The position numbers were made by a program, and so were the translations under genes. Below the pieces are notes generated by a model. The model searched no databases. It saw only the letters and a list, made by a program, of their open reading frames with translations, and was not told the DNA's origin. A DNA stretch of 64,000 bases from Octopus vulgaris (taxonomy: Eukaryota): positions 23,374,001 to 23,438,000 of the forward strand of contig OX597840.1 in NCBI GenBank assembly GCA_951406725.2. Reading direction: 5' to 3'. Of the stretch, positions 24,331 to 39,248 are shown in pieces. Each line of letters starts with the position of its first letter. Position 1 is the first letter of the stretch.

Positions 24331-25373
24331 TCTAAGCTTATCATATGCAACACATTTTCCGTTGTAGCTTTCGCAACTTGCAATCGTTTTTCACCAAACT
24401 CACGGTGAAGCTTAATGTTACCCTAAGGAACTTAATTCTGGCGTTAGTTTTCCATGCAATACCTTACCATCAGAAAAAATCGATAAAATCATGCCATTTT
24501 GGGAAATCGCATTCAAATTCAAGATGACATATTTTCGACAATATCTTTAACAAATTGGCAGGAATTTTTTGGAATTCACAGCGAGCATCATGTCTGCTCC
24601 AAGGAGCTATATGGCCCTTTTGATTCCAATAGGATACGTTATTACTGGAAAAAATAGGACACATGACTCCCCATCAAAGCTTTCAGTCATGACATCCCCG
24701 GGTGTTCACAATAAAATTAATGTAATGTCCTTTTCTGTACTGCAGTTGGTCCTACCACTCTTTGTGTTTACATTAATACATTGTCACAGATTTTCCTGCT
24801 TCATTGGTGTGTCTAGGAGTTGTTATTATAATACATGTGTCTACTCTATGATAGAAACTTCTTAAAAATGATGAGATTGGATAAGTTTAATACTTCTACA
24901 AATTAGCAAAACAGAAATGTTATAAATTTGCACTTTTGAATATCTACCTTTTAAACATATTCTATGTCTTATTTTATTTTTTCTATTCTATCAGAAAATC
25001 ACATGAAATTGGCCAAAAAGTATTTTTATCATGTTTCAAAGACTCTGCAAAGATATTCTACAAACGTATAATCCTGCTTCTATAAAACATTGCTGAATTA
25101 CAGTAAAATATTTCCTCTGAGAGAGAGAAAGCATTTCTTTACTTCTGTGTCTGAAATGTGCAAGAGATAATTTTCTCTTTTAAATATACTTTGATAGATT
25201 TCCAAAGAGTATTTGTGACATTTTTAAATATTGGCATTGATCACATTTAGAAGAAATATAAGAGAAGTGATATTTGTTTGGAATAAACTATAAAAACAAA
25301 AAGAAGCAAAATATCCGTATATTTTGATGAGAGGAGAAATATTTTTGAAACGTTGTTGATCTGTACAAATTGA

Positions 25374-26036
<663 letters not shown>

Positions 26037-27233
26037 ATCATTCTCATAAAATCATCACTTAATTAAACACAAGTGCATTCGTTATGCAAAGGATCCATAG
26101 CACAGTGACATTTGTTGTATGACATTCCGTCAGAAGGTCAAGCTTGGACCTTATAAAGAACTGAACACATGATAGAAACTATATGAATGTAACATCGATA
26201 GTAAATCTTTGACATGAAATCATCCATAATTAAATCAAAAGAGCATTGAGAGAGGAAGGAAAACATATCACTGTGATGTTAAACCTGAATCATTCTTTCA
26301 AAATGGTGAATTGTTTGTACACAGTCCTATTAATATGAAAGATATAACTGTATCCTAAGCTATTCATGCTAAATCAATCTATGAAAATGGATCAATTATT
26401 GAAATGTAAATGCATCGATACAAAAGAGGAACCACGATGATGATGATCCTCATCATTTAAAATTCTCCTATTCATGCTTCTGTCAATCAGATGGAATTCA
26501 TTGATGCAGATTTTCTACATCTGGGTACCTTTCTTATGACCAATCCTCACCTGTTTCCAAGCAAGGAAATATTTTTCCTGGTGAGACTTATTTGACGCAG
26601 AGGACTGGAAGTGAACAACTGCACAAGTATGACGGTGATGATGGCCCTTTACGAACATCACATAATATCTGGACAAGGGTACACATACACGCACATGTAT
26701 ATTCAAAGATTTTCTTAAAGGAAATCTTTTACATGTTTTCTCTACGTGTAAATGTTTGTAATTCCTATTAGGAAATGAAACACATGTAATGCTGAATAAA
26801 TAATATCAAACTCTTCTCCATTGTCCTTATGTGTTTTTTTCTAAGGTAAAAAAAAATCGCTTCCACCTCACCCCACCCAGTTTTTTTAACCCTTAACAGG
26901 GTTTTTTAGCATATTATGAGGTCAGGGTAGTTGATTCCACACAAAAAATCTAACATTTTGATTTTTTTCTTAGTGAAGATCTTGCGGGAGTTAATATAGA
27001 AATTTACCATAATGTTATTTAGCCTCAAATCAAACCTGATAAAGCAAACGTATCATCAAAGACATTCCAGCCTTCAGCAAACTGTCTTTTGAGGGATAAT
27101 CTAGGACATTACGTACAATGGGCATGTGATTTAGATAGGGGGATACTTTGGCTGCTATTATTAGCATGTCGAGCTACCAGGCAGAGGCTCTCTCATTGGT
27201 TCGATTGCGTGATGAGATTTTTTAACACATATA

Positions 27234-27616
27234 GGATCATTTCGGTTTGAACGGCAGTTTTTTTAACATAATTTCTAGGTAACTAAAAAATTTTAAACTT
27301 CGTATACTGGTAGAATGTGTTTATAAAACATCTTTTTCTCTTGGCTTTATTGAGAAAATTCTATACTTTGTAAGATATCTGTTGTTTTTTCTTCAATTTC
27401 TGAACTTTCAACCAATCAATGACGTCCATTGAGGTAAAAAAAAACATCTGTGCCGTATGAATATGTCCCTCGTTTAAGAAACAGATTGGATTTATTTACA
27501 TTTGTGAAAAGAAAAAGATGCCCTTCCTCCCAACCCTAACCCTAAAACAGATTGAAATGCAATAGATCGATACTACGGACATAATTATGGGTGACAATTT
27601 CATATGACACCGCTAG
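27234..27616 (+). mobile_element. Non-autonomous element (GGATC-end family); copy at 55349-55721
   Basis: Starts ggatc(a/t)tttcggtttgaacggcag, as in the TIR of 41407-42131; ends ..gacaccgctag. Confidence 0.55.
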
Positions 27617-27624
27617 AGTATAAA

Positions 27625-27940
27625 GACAAGACTTAGTTCCCCTTGTTCAGAGTTAGTTCTTCCTAATTTTGTTGCTCCGTATGCATGTGTATTGCTTGCT
27701 CAGTTCCACTTTACAACTGATATTGAAGAGAAAATCTAATTAAATTGACACGTGATTGGTAATTAAGTGTCTAAAGAAACAGATGCAGCATTTTTTTTTA
27801 TTATGTTGACCTGTTAAATATTAATATTCGTCGTAAAAATTCTCTTGAAGCTGTCACTGTCCACTCTAACTTTTCACTCATTCAACATATTCTCATATTT
27901 TCATCGTTGACTCTCTCTGAATATATATTACTATGTAAGT
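27625..27940 (+). promoter_or_regulatory. G4 promoter/exon-1 module
   Basis: CACGTG at 27749-27754 plus ATTGG; donor GTAAGT at 27935. Confidence 0.5.
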
Positions 27941-28982
27941 ATATTTCTATTGTATATGTATCATATTACGTACGTCTGTTTGTTTCGATGTGTTGAGTAA
28001 GTTACAAGAAAGAATCTCACTAAACAAAGACGAAATAGCGGAGGTAAAGGGAATGGACCGCACCTACCTTTCCCTAATTTTTTGGCGATGGAAACCCACT
28101 TTTTCAACTTCGGTGAGGCTGTTCTTTCAATACTTTCGTTGTGTTCTCCTTTACATTCAGATATTTCATTGCATCTTTCGTTATTTCCTATATTATTTGT
28201 TAACGTCCGATGGATACCTTGTGTAGATAACTTTTCTCTTTCTTCCTCACATGTAAATTCCGCGGGAAAATTACGATGTAATTTCTAAGACATGCGGAAT
28301 GTATAAAAATACGAGTGTGCACTTGAAATACTGAAACGAAAAGTAAATATTGTATACAGAAGAAATGGAACGGATTTTATTTAAAACCTAGGAAGTCTTT
28401 ATTTCCGGAGGTTCTTCTCCTTCATTACAACTTACAATTTATATCTATTTTTCAAAGGAATCTTTCTTTAAGCACCCAATGTAACCGCTTATCACATTTT
28501 TATTTTGGGGGAATTTTCAGAAAATTTCTGCTGTACATGCAAGGATTCAAACGGTTATGAAACCAACAAAGAAGGGAAAAAACCGATTGAAGAGCAATTT
28601 AGCTCTTATTTATCGCGCACCCCACGACCACCTGATACCTTCCGAATTTCTTTCTCACTCTTACGTGCTAATGTTTTTCGATATCTTTATTCACATAAAC
28701 ACATTCAATGGTCCGTTGTTGGGATTTAAGGCATTATATATGAATTGCACTCTGTGTTTTTATGTTATTTTCAATTAATTACCTAAGTTATCCTTTTCTC
28801 TCTTCGTAATACATATATATTTAAATTCAAATTACGATGAACGTAAACAAACAAACGAAGTTTGCTTTAGAAGCTTTGAGATGTCTTAGGAAGTTTAAGA
28901 AGTGATTTTAAATTCTCAAAGGCAGGATATTGCTAATAATATAGCCTGAACAGGATAAGCTACCCCTATTTTGCAGAAAAGT

Positions 28983-29050
28983 GTTGGCGGCCGGCTATGA
29001 GATTCGAACTCACACCTCCTTGATTACGCGTCGCTGTATTTTTCACTCAC
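28983..29050 (-). other. tRNA-like remnant (pseudo-tRNA or SINE head); copy at about 57091-57160
   Basis: Minus strand ..gacgcgtaatcaaggaggtgtgaGTTCGAATCtcat..cgcca shows a B box / T arm. The 5' half is not recognisable. Confidence 0.35.
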
Positions 29051-29482
29051 CACAATAAACAATATTTCGTTGCGAAGTAAAAAGGAAGGGAAACATTAAT
29101 TGTAACGTATAAGAATTTAAAAATAAAGAAGAAAACGAGAATAATTTAATGTTAAAACTACATCATTTGCCCCCATTGAGAAGGATTGTCACCAATTTCC
29201 TTCTCCACCTCAACCAATAAATTTTCCTACATCAAAAATTCCCCACAAAAGATTTTGATGCTGTTAGTCATCCATACTGATTATTTACTGACTGTTATTC
29301 ATGTTTCATGTAACACAGAATATTGACATTAAGCTGCCTGTATGTGTATTTATATATTTATAAATGTATGGAAAGAGGCAGAGGAGGTGTGATATCTCTT
29401 TTACGACACATGACTGAGATGAAAGCATCAGATATCTAGTATTATTGACATGTATATTGGTGTCTGTCTATGACAGACTTAA

Positions 29483-30545
29483 CCCTTTTGTTACCAAACC
29501 GCCCGAAAAAATTTTGGTTAATGTGACCAAGCCGCCCAAATTTACCTATTCATATTTAAATGAGAATATCAGAGCAAATCTCTTTAGTACATTCATGAAA
29601 ACACGTATTATACTTCGTAAAGAGTTCAACTACAGTTTTGTACAAAAATCGAAGTGTAACTTTAATTCCGTGAATTTTGGGAGATTTTTTTCCGAAATTT
29701 GTTCCTGTTGTGTTTTCAAAATTTGTAATTCTGACAAAAAATGGATACGAATTTCATTATATCAAGCAGCGAGTCAGAATTCGAAGGATTTTCTACTGAA
29801 GACCTTCATAAATCTAACTCTTTGACTGAAAAAAAAAAAAGCACGTGGTATTTGATAATGAATCTGATGTTTCATTTTCCGAAAGTGAAAACAGTGAATC
29901 CAAGAGCTCCGACAGCGATAAAGAAAATGAATTGGCACCTGAATGGAGTGAAAATTTAAAAACTGTTTCTTTCGGTGATTTTTCTGAAGAAACTGGACCA
30001 AGCCACAGACTTTCCCAGGAGAGTAAAGCCTTAGACTATTTTTTTTTACTTTTTCGAATGAGCCTATTTGAAATCATTATGGCGGAAACGAACCGTTATG
30101 CTAAATGTAAACAAAGCGAAAGAAAGGATAGTTAGTGGTTTCCCACAACCTTAAATGAAATTAAGACTATTTGCCATAAATATTATTATGGGTATCAGAA
30201 AGTTACCCAGAATAACAAATTCTGTCGTAAAATTTTGTTGTATATCCAATTGAATATTAGCTAATAACCCATTTTCTATAGCGATGTTTGAACAAAATTT
30301 TAATAATTTTATATTTTGTTGAATTTACCTGTATCTACCTGCAATTAGAGTCACTTTGTGACAAAAATTATGGTATAGAATTGGTTGAGAACATTTCATT
30401 GAATTATCTTCCAAATTCACGTTAATATATTGATAAATAAAAAAGTTATAGTTGTTTAATGAAACCAGACTAAATTTATGATTACGTTAGAAATTAATTG
30501 AAACACAAGGGGTGTATTTTGGTCAGAAATATAGTAACGAAAGGA
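29483..30545 (+). mobile_element. Internally deleted piggyBac element in the G4 intron
   Basis: TTAA TSD at 29479-82 and 30546-49. CCCTTTTGTTAC / GTAACGAAAGGA ends. Acidic PGBD-type N-terminus and LDYFFLLF..ETNRYA. Empty sites (gacTTAAtgtcc) near 5535 and 57587. Confidence 0.9.
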
Positions 30546-31198
30546 TTAATGTCCAGGAGATGTTATTATACTACATATGTCTACACCCTGATATAAACTT
30601 CTTGAAAACAGAGAGATGGGATAAATTTAATAGTTCAGATAAAGAATTACTTCTAAAATCTTTGAAAACAGAAATGTCGTAACTTTTCACTTTTGAATAT
30701 CTGCCTTTTAAACATATTTGATGTCTTATATTATTTTTTCTATTCTTTCAGGAAATCACATGAAATTGGCTAAAAAGTATTTTTTGCTTTTAAAGAATCA
30801 TCAATATGTCTCATGTTTGAAAGACTCTGCAAAGATATTCTACAAACGTATAATCCTGCTTCTATAAAACATTGCTGAATTACAGTAAAATATTTCCTCT
30901 GAGAGAGAAAGCATTTCTTTACTTCTGTGTCTGAAATGTGCAAGAGATAATTTTCTCTTTTAAATATACTTTGATGGATTTCAAAGAGTATTTGCGACAT
31001 TTTTAAATATTGGCATTGATCACATTTAGAAGAAATATAAGAGAAGTGATATTTGTTTGGAATAAACTATAAAAGCAAAAAGAAGCAAAATATCCATATA
31101 TTTTGGTGAGAGAAGAAATATTATTGAAAAGTTTTTGATCTGTTCAACTTGAAGGATCGATTTTATCTGTTCTTGAAGAGGTGTCTGAAGAATTTTGA

Positions 31199-32224
<1,026 letters not shown>

Positions 32225-34239
32225 TATCTGTGGTAAATCATTCTCACAAAAACATCACTCAATTAAACACAAGTGTATTCGTTATGAAGTTGATCCATAA
32301 CACAGTGACATTGGTTGTATAACATTCCTTCAGAAGGACAAGTTTGTATCTCATAAAACCCTCTACACAAGAAAGAAATTATATGAATGTGATATCAATG
32401 GTAAGCCTTTCATTTGAAATGATCCATTAACGAATCAAAAGAGCATTGACAGAGGAAGGAGAACATATCACTGTGATAGCAGTGCTTAATCATTCTATCA
32501 GAATGGAGAATTCTACACAGTCATATTAATATGAAAGATAAAACCATACCCTAAGACATTTGTGCTAAGTCAATCTATGAAAATGATCAATTATTAAAAC
32601 ATAACTGCATTCATACAGAAGAGGAACCATATCACTACAATGATGATAATCATCATCATTTAAAATTCGCTTTTCCATGCTTCAATGGATCAGATGGAAT
32701 TCATTGATGGAGATTTTCCTGAGCTGTGTACCCTTTCTTGTCACCAATCCTCACCTGTTTCCAAGCAAGGAAATATTTTCCCTGGTGAGACATTTTACGC
32801 AGAGAACTGGAAATGAAGAACTGCACAAGTATGACTGTCATGATGGCCCTTTACGGACATCACATAATATCTGGACAAGGATACACTCACTTGTGCATAC
32901 ACACACACACTCACACACGTGTATATATGTATATATGAAGAATTTCTTATAGGAGATATTTTACATGTTTTCTCTTTGTCTAAAAGTTTGTAATTCCTAT
33001 TAGGTAATGAAACACATGTAATGCTGAATAAATACTATCAAACTGTTTTCCAGTCTCCTTATGTGATATGTAATTACTCTGCAAAAAATATTATCCAAAC
33101 CTCAGACAAAAATAATATGTATATATATAATAACCAGCTTGTTTGTACAGCTGTTATGCTTTCATTAGATTAGTGGAATAAATGAGGGGTGGGGAAAAAG
33201 GAGGGAGAAATAGAGTAAGGTGATCTTATAATAATTCTGCTTCTCATTCTGTTACTTAGCTCGTCAGTAGCATTTTCATATTATTAGAGAAAAGGGGGTA
33301 GAGAAAGAAAAAGGAGAGACAAAAGACTAAGAAAGAAGCAAGCATGACATGTGATAGGGGGAATGTAATAGTTATTTTATGGTTAAAAAAGCTAGCTGAA
33401 GGTTGTGATATAGAGAAGAGTTAGAAATATAATCTTAGCAGAGGGGTGATGTTCTGATGTTGATATTAAAGAGAGGAACAAAGAGAGAGAGAGATGATGA
33501 TGGTGGTGGTGGTGGTGTGTTGATTGCGAAAAGGAATTTCTTTTTTTTATAGAGACCATCACTCAACACTTGCACTTCTGTGCAATTATTTATCGTCTTC
33601 TCGCTTAAGAGATTGATATTTGTTTCTAAGGATTAATTTAGCCTAAACTATGGATTCACAAGAGGCACAGTTGCAAACTGCCTGAGAAAAGATGCACAGA
33701 TCTAGAGCATGGAACACTAAAAAGATATAATAAAAAAGAGGAAAAAGATGGCACCGATGGTGTTGTGAGGAATTGGATGTAGACAGATGCCAAGTATATT
33801 CAAAGAAAGCTAAAACTATGAATGCTATAAAGATGCAAATCATCCTCTCTTTCTTAAATAGGTCCTCTTAATTTTTTTCATTCTGTAGAATTTACATGGG
33901 TCCCACTAGTAATTAATAATAAACTAAAGTGGCAAACTGGCAGGGTCGTTAGCACATTGGGGAAAATGCTTAGCTGTGGTTCTTCTGACATGACATTTGC
34001 ATTTGAATTCTGCCAAGGTGGACTTTGTCTTTCGTCCTTTTGGGGTTTCATGGAAATAAGCAACGGTTGAGCACTGGAATCGACATATTCAACTTAACAC
34101 ACACACACGTGGAATTGCTGGCCTTGTGCCAAAATTTGAAAACAGTACGAACTTTAATGTTGACTTCTTGCTCTTGCCTGTGATAATGCCAGAAGCATGT
34201 TGGCTTGCTTCAGTAGGTTCTGTTGAACCTCGTGTGGCC

Positions 34240-34345
34240 AACTGAGGAATTCTATCAAAGACTTTCTCCTGGCCAACAAGTACCAAGTATAATGGTTTAT
34301 TCACAACTAAATGCTTGTATTGCAGTTGTAAGTAGGCAGACCTAT
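34240..34345 (-). mobile_element. Small LINE RT fragment (RTE-like); copy at about 48000-48100
   Basis: KPLYLVLVGQEKVFDRIP resembles the RT motif LxFVDLEKAFDRVP. Confidence 0.45.
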
Positions 34346-36177
34346 ACACACACACACATATATTACATAAAAAATTAACTTCAATCTTGCTTCAAGTGTT
34401 ACATAGCCAAAATGGCACATAATGGGGAAAATACTAAGAATTAAGACTTTCCTGAAATGTGAATACAAACGGAATAAAACAAGTTTCGCGTGAATTGGAC
34501 AACTGGTTCTTGAGATATTAGGAATTTTGGTGGGTATAAATACCCAAAACAGTGCATATTGAGAAAATACACCAAAAATAACTTAACCCTGAAAAGGAAG
34601 AATTTTTAGCCTTTCGGTTAGACACATTATGACTAACTTGCCAACAAAAAAAGTTGTTTTTACAGGAAATGTTTCTATTTTTGCTTTTTGTATTTATATT
34701 TTAGCTTTCTTTAAACAGACAATTTTATTTATTTTTTTATTATTTTCAATTGAATACCATTACGAAAATTGTTTTGGCATATTTAAAAAATATTTTAAAG
34801 TGAAGATGGCTTTAGAAATACTGTAAATATTTCGTAAAAGACCTGTTCATAACCTCACTGTGAAATAAATTCTTTCCATAGGTTTTATTCAAGTGCATTC
34901 AATGTATCTCATCTCCAAAGATTCGGTTGCTATATCTAGCATGCCCTGTTACCATAAAAAAGCTATTTACGATAAAGGACTCAAAATAGCTGTTATGTGG
35001 TAGCAGGGCATGCATGAAATAGCGGCCGAATCTTTCTTTTTCTGAGGAAAGGAGCCGTTTACGTATAATTTCAATGTCACATACATTGAAAGCATGGAAA
35101 ATAACCCAGAAAAAAAAACAAAAAAAAACTCTGTTGGTGGGAAGCTCCAAGGTCCCCCCACCACCCCTCCCCCTTTCTTTTCCTGAAGAATGTGGCGGGT
35201 GGTGGGTTTGGACTGAGCATTGTTGAATGCACTCCAAAAAACGTGTGGAAAAAATTATTTCACACCAAAGTACAAACGGGTCCTTTATGAAAAAGAAAGG
35301 ACGGGTCAGTTGAAGCTTTCTGTCCCCTGTAAAGAACCAGGTCATCCTTGCAATTTCGGCTGATTAATCTTGAGATTGCTCCAATCTGGCCAGCCCCAAG
35401 GAAAAAGTAAGCTAAGAGCATCAGATTCCTTGGAAGAAAGCATGGAATGTATACGAAAATAAGGACGGAAAAACAGACGATGTTACACAAATATAAATAC
35501 AAAATACAATAAAAATATTAATAATAACAACAGGTGTCTTTCAACTGGGGACGAATTGAATTCAGCTGGTGTGTGTGGAAATGAAGCCTTACGGCAGAGA
35601 TACAGAGCTTTCACAAACACACGGAAGAATATCGATGTTGCACTGACCGTGGTCAGATGCAAAAAGAGGGTTAGCCGTCTGGCCTATCGGTCATGTGGGA
35701 AGAGAAGAGAGAGAAAAAGAGGAACAAAAGAATTAAGGAGGGGAAAGAGAAGAGAGAGTTGTAGAAGCAGATGAACAGAAGAATTAAGGAGGGGCATATA
35801 TATATATACACACACACATCTTGTTATGAAAGTTTTTACTTGGGAAGTAAAATAGTGGAATTTATTTGGGGCATATTGATTTGAACCTGAAAACAGTAGT
35901 TGACAACAGTGACACTCCACACATACCCTCTGCCATGCCAATTGATATGTTTTCCTACTTCACCCCTAACCTCTTCTATACCACCAAAAGTCAAAATTAA
36001 ATGAAGAGCTACCTACATCAGTTTCCTCATTGTTCTCGGCAATATACCTCTCTTTCTCGCTATATTGCACTTATAAAATACTAGAATTTCGTAAAGCAAA
36101 AGCCATTTGGTGAAATGAGATGACCAGAGACAGCCATGATACATACAACTTTCACCAGCTCATCTTTCTCTAGCAAA

Positions 36178-36585
36178 GGCACAGGAGTGGCTGTGTGGTA
36201 AGTAGCTTGCTTATCAACCACGTGGTTTCTGGGTTCAGTCCCACTGCATGGCACCTTGGGAAAGTGTCTTCTACTATAGCCTCGGGCCGACCAAAGCCTT
36301 GTGAGTGGATTTGGTACACGGAAACTGAAAGAAGCCCGTTGTATATATGTATGTGTATATATATATATATATATGTATGTTTGTGTGTCTGTGTTTGTCC
36401 CACCAACATCGCTTGGCAACCGATGCTGGTGTGATTGCCTCTCCGTAACTTAGCGGTTCGGCAAAAGAGACCGGAAGAATAAATACTAGGCTTACAAAGA
36501 ATAAGTCCTGGGGTCGATTCGCTCGACTAAAGGTGGTGCTCCAGCATGGCCGCACTCAAATGACTGAAACAATTAAAAAAAAAAA
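36178..36585 (+). mobile_element. Octopus-type tRNA-derived SINE (OK/OR-like)
   Basis: ggagtggctgtgtggtaagtagcttgc..gggttcagtcccactg head, internal (TA/TG)n, tail ggtgctccagcatggccgca..tgactgaaac plus A-run. Confidence 0.75.
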
Positions 36586-36846
36586 GCAACAGGCTTTAAG
36601 GAAAGCATCGTTCAGTCTTCCTCCTGAACTTTCTGCCGTTCTCTCTCCCTCTGTGGTAAGAGATCAACATAACATAGTACCACATATGAGGGTCAGTAGA
36701 GTTACCTCGCCTGTTTGCTTGGATTGGCATGCTGAGAGTTTGGAATAAACAAAGGAAATCTGCGACTGCGACCTCTGACATTGGACTTTCCGTCAACAAG
36801 GACCGACATACTCAATCATTTTGTAACAACTCTGCACTTTGAACTC

Positions 36847-37555
36847 GCCTCCTTACGAGAGCTCAAAATCTCTCGTGGAAGCGTCATCCAACCAAAATGC
36901 AAATATATGGGAAACTACCACCTGTGTCATCTCTTGTGAAAGGTAGGAGAGTCCAGTTTGCTGGACATTGTTGTAGAGCTGAAAACGAGGCAATTTCTAC
37001 TCTTCTCCTCTGGAAGCCATCTACTCGCAATACATGAGGGTGCACACTCTCCTACCCTGATGTAATCTCCAGGGACACAGGCATCCAGCAACAGGACCTC
37101 CGTGTGCCATGATGGACCATGAAGTCTGGCGTAGCATGGTAAATTCCATTGTCTCGACCATGGTCGAACAATGACATTGTTGTAGAGCTGAAAACGAGGC
37201 AATTTCTACTCTTCTCCTCTGGAAGCCATCTACTCGCAATACATGAGGGTGCAACAGGACCTCCGTGTGCCATGATGGACCGTGAAGTCTGGCGTAGCAT
37301 GGTAAATTCCATTGTCTCGACCATGGTCGAACAATGACATTGTTGTAGAGCTGAAAACGAGGCAATTTCTACTCTTCTCTTCTGGAAGCCATCTACTCGC
37401 AATACATGAGGGTGCACACTCTCCTACCCTGATGTAATCTCCAGGGACACAGGCATCCAGCAACAGGACCTCCGTGTGCCATGATGGACCGTGAAGTCTG
37501 GCGTAGCATGGTAAATTCCATTGTCTCGACCATGGTCGAACAATGATGATGATGA
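36847..37555 (+). mobile_element. 5'-truncated RTE/RTEX-type LINE with a triplicated 3' end
   Basis: NLSWKRHPT..IYGKLPPVS..RRVQFAGHCCR..LLLWKP; (GAT)n tail. 8-bp TSD TTGAACTC at 36839-46 and 37556-63. Empty site near 51131. Confidence 0.85.
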
Positions 37556-38134
37556 TTGAACTCAAATATTTTCGTAATGGCTCTGTACCTTGCTCTCAAA
37601 TTCATTATAACAGCTTTGTGCTGTCCTTGTTGCAAGTTTTTGCCATTTTTCTCAATACATAATTGAATCATAAAAACCTGTTCTATTTGTTGTTTCCTTT
37701 GTCTAACTGTAACAAAATATAGGAAAGGTTTATAATCTAAATTGTGTCATCTTGAAGTATATATGCTGACTCCACTACTCCAAAGTTGTACATTAGATGT
37801 ATTTGTATCGATTGCTATTTTCCAGTAAATATTTGTGCCTTGTTCTACCACTCACCTGTTTTTATGTGTATAATTCTACCCTTGTGGGGCTTTATTTTAC
37901 TGGAAAGTAATACATTTGTATTGCAATATTATATATATATATATTTATATAAATTTATATATATAATACAAATAAGAAAATGGAGGAACAGATTCATTTC
38001 AATCATCGACTTACAGATATTACCAATTCATATTATTTATTAACTACATAAATAGGAACATCCAAATCCAACAAAATAAAACAATATACATCAATAAGTA
38101 AGATAATACCATAAAAATAATACACATAAAATGG

Positions 38135-38262
38135 ATCTTACAGCTGTTTAAGCCTGTAGATAAAGGTATCTCATTCTGCCTATATTAGTCAGATGTATTG
38201 AGGTAATATGCAGATAAAAATGAGTTACTTATATATATACATCTCAAGGCCTCATCAGAGAT
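38135..38262 (-). ncRNA. Degenerate type I hammerhead ribozyme motif (Penelope-like)
   Basis: Minus strand atct-CTGATGA-ggcc...ggct-TAAA-cagctg-TA-agat: stem I atct/agat, palindromic stem III, GUA triplet, but GAAA reads TAAA. It lies in a TA-microsatellite-flanked segment. Confidence 0.45.
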
Positions 38263-38699
38263 TATAAAGTACAATTATAAAAATATAAAATGAAATACAC
38301 ATACACGAGAATATTATATTGGATAACTGATATCCCATAGTGGGTTACACTCATAACCCCTATCTCACTTTGTATATATATATATATATACATAGGTAGG
38401 TTATAATCTAAATTGTGTCATCTTGAAGTATATATGCTGACTCCACTACTCCAAAGTTGTACATTAGATGTTATACTTGAGTCAGGTATGTCTCAAGAAT
38501 TGATAAATACTGGAAAAATAGTTTTGCAGAGTAAGTATATAACACAAGAGGAGATTGAAAAACGTTTTTGGTATTATTTATTCATCATTACATGTGTTTC
38601 ATTTGCTAACAGGAATTACAAAATTTTATATAGAGAGGAAGGGAAACATGTCAGATATCTCCCATTAGAAATTATTCATACATACATCACCATTTATTG

Positions 38700-38835
38700 T
38701 TTACTTTCCATGCTGGCATGGGTTAGACAGTTCGACTGGAATTGGCAAGCCACAGAACTGCACCAAGTTGCACTCTGATCTGGCAGTGTGTATATGGCTG
38801 GATGCTCTTCCTAATGCCAACCACTCCAAGAGCAT
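38700..38835 (+). mobile_element. Interspersed repeat / SINE fragment
   Basis: tttccatgctggcatgggtt..ggctggatgctcttcctaatgccaacc is present in the G5 3' region but not in paralogous UTRs. Confidence 0.4.
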
Positions 38836-39248
38836 AATAGATGCTTTTTAAATATGTATATATTTATAGATGTGTGTGTGTGTGTGTACCCTTCACTGGA
38901 TATCACACGATACTAGTAAATGACCACCTTTCTCATACAAATGCAGTTGTTCATTTCAAGTCTTTTGCAGAAAATGTCTCACCATGGAAAATATTTCCTT
39001 GCTTGGAAACAAGTGAGGATTGGTGACAAGAAAGGCAGACATGCAGCTGCAGAGAATCTCCATCAATGAATTATATGTGATCCATAGAAGCATGGAAAAG
39101 TGGATGTTCAATGATGGTGATGATGATGATGATTGTAGTGAAAAAAATATTACTGTGCTACGAATCCAATTGATAAGGAATGCACTTTTGTTTAATTCAG
39201 CAATGATTTCAATATGAATATGCTTGTGTTTAGTTAAATTATGATTTT

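Noticed and set aside
34370-35700. Possible additional DNA transposon or LINE remnants (duplicated at 48150-49460)
   Set aside because: No termini, TSD or protein motif could be identified by eye.
36927-37671. Several overlapping minus-strand ORFs with repeated peptides
   Set aside because: They are antisense to the triplicated RTE 3' end.
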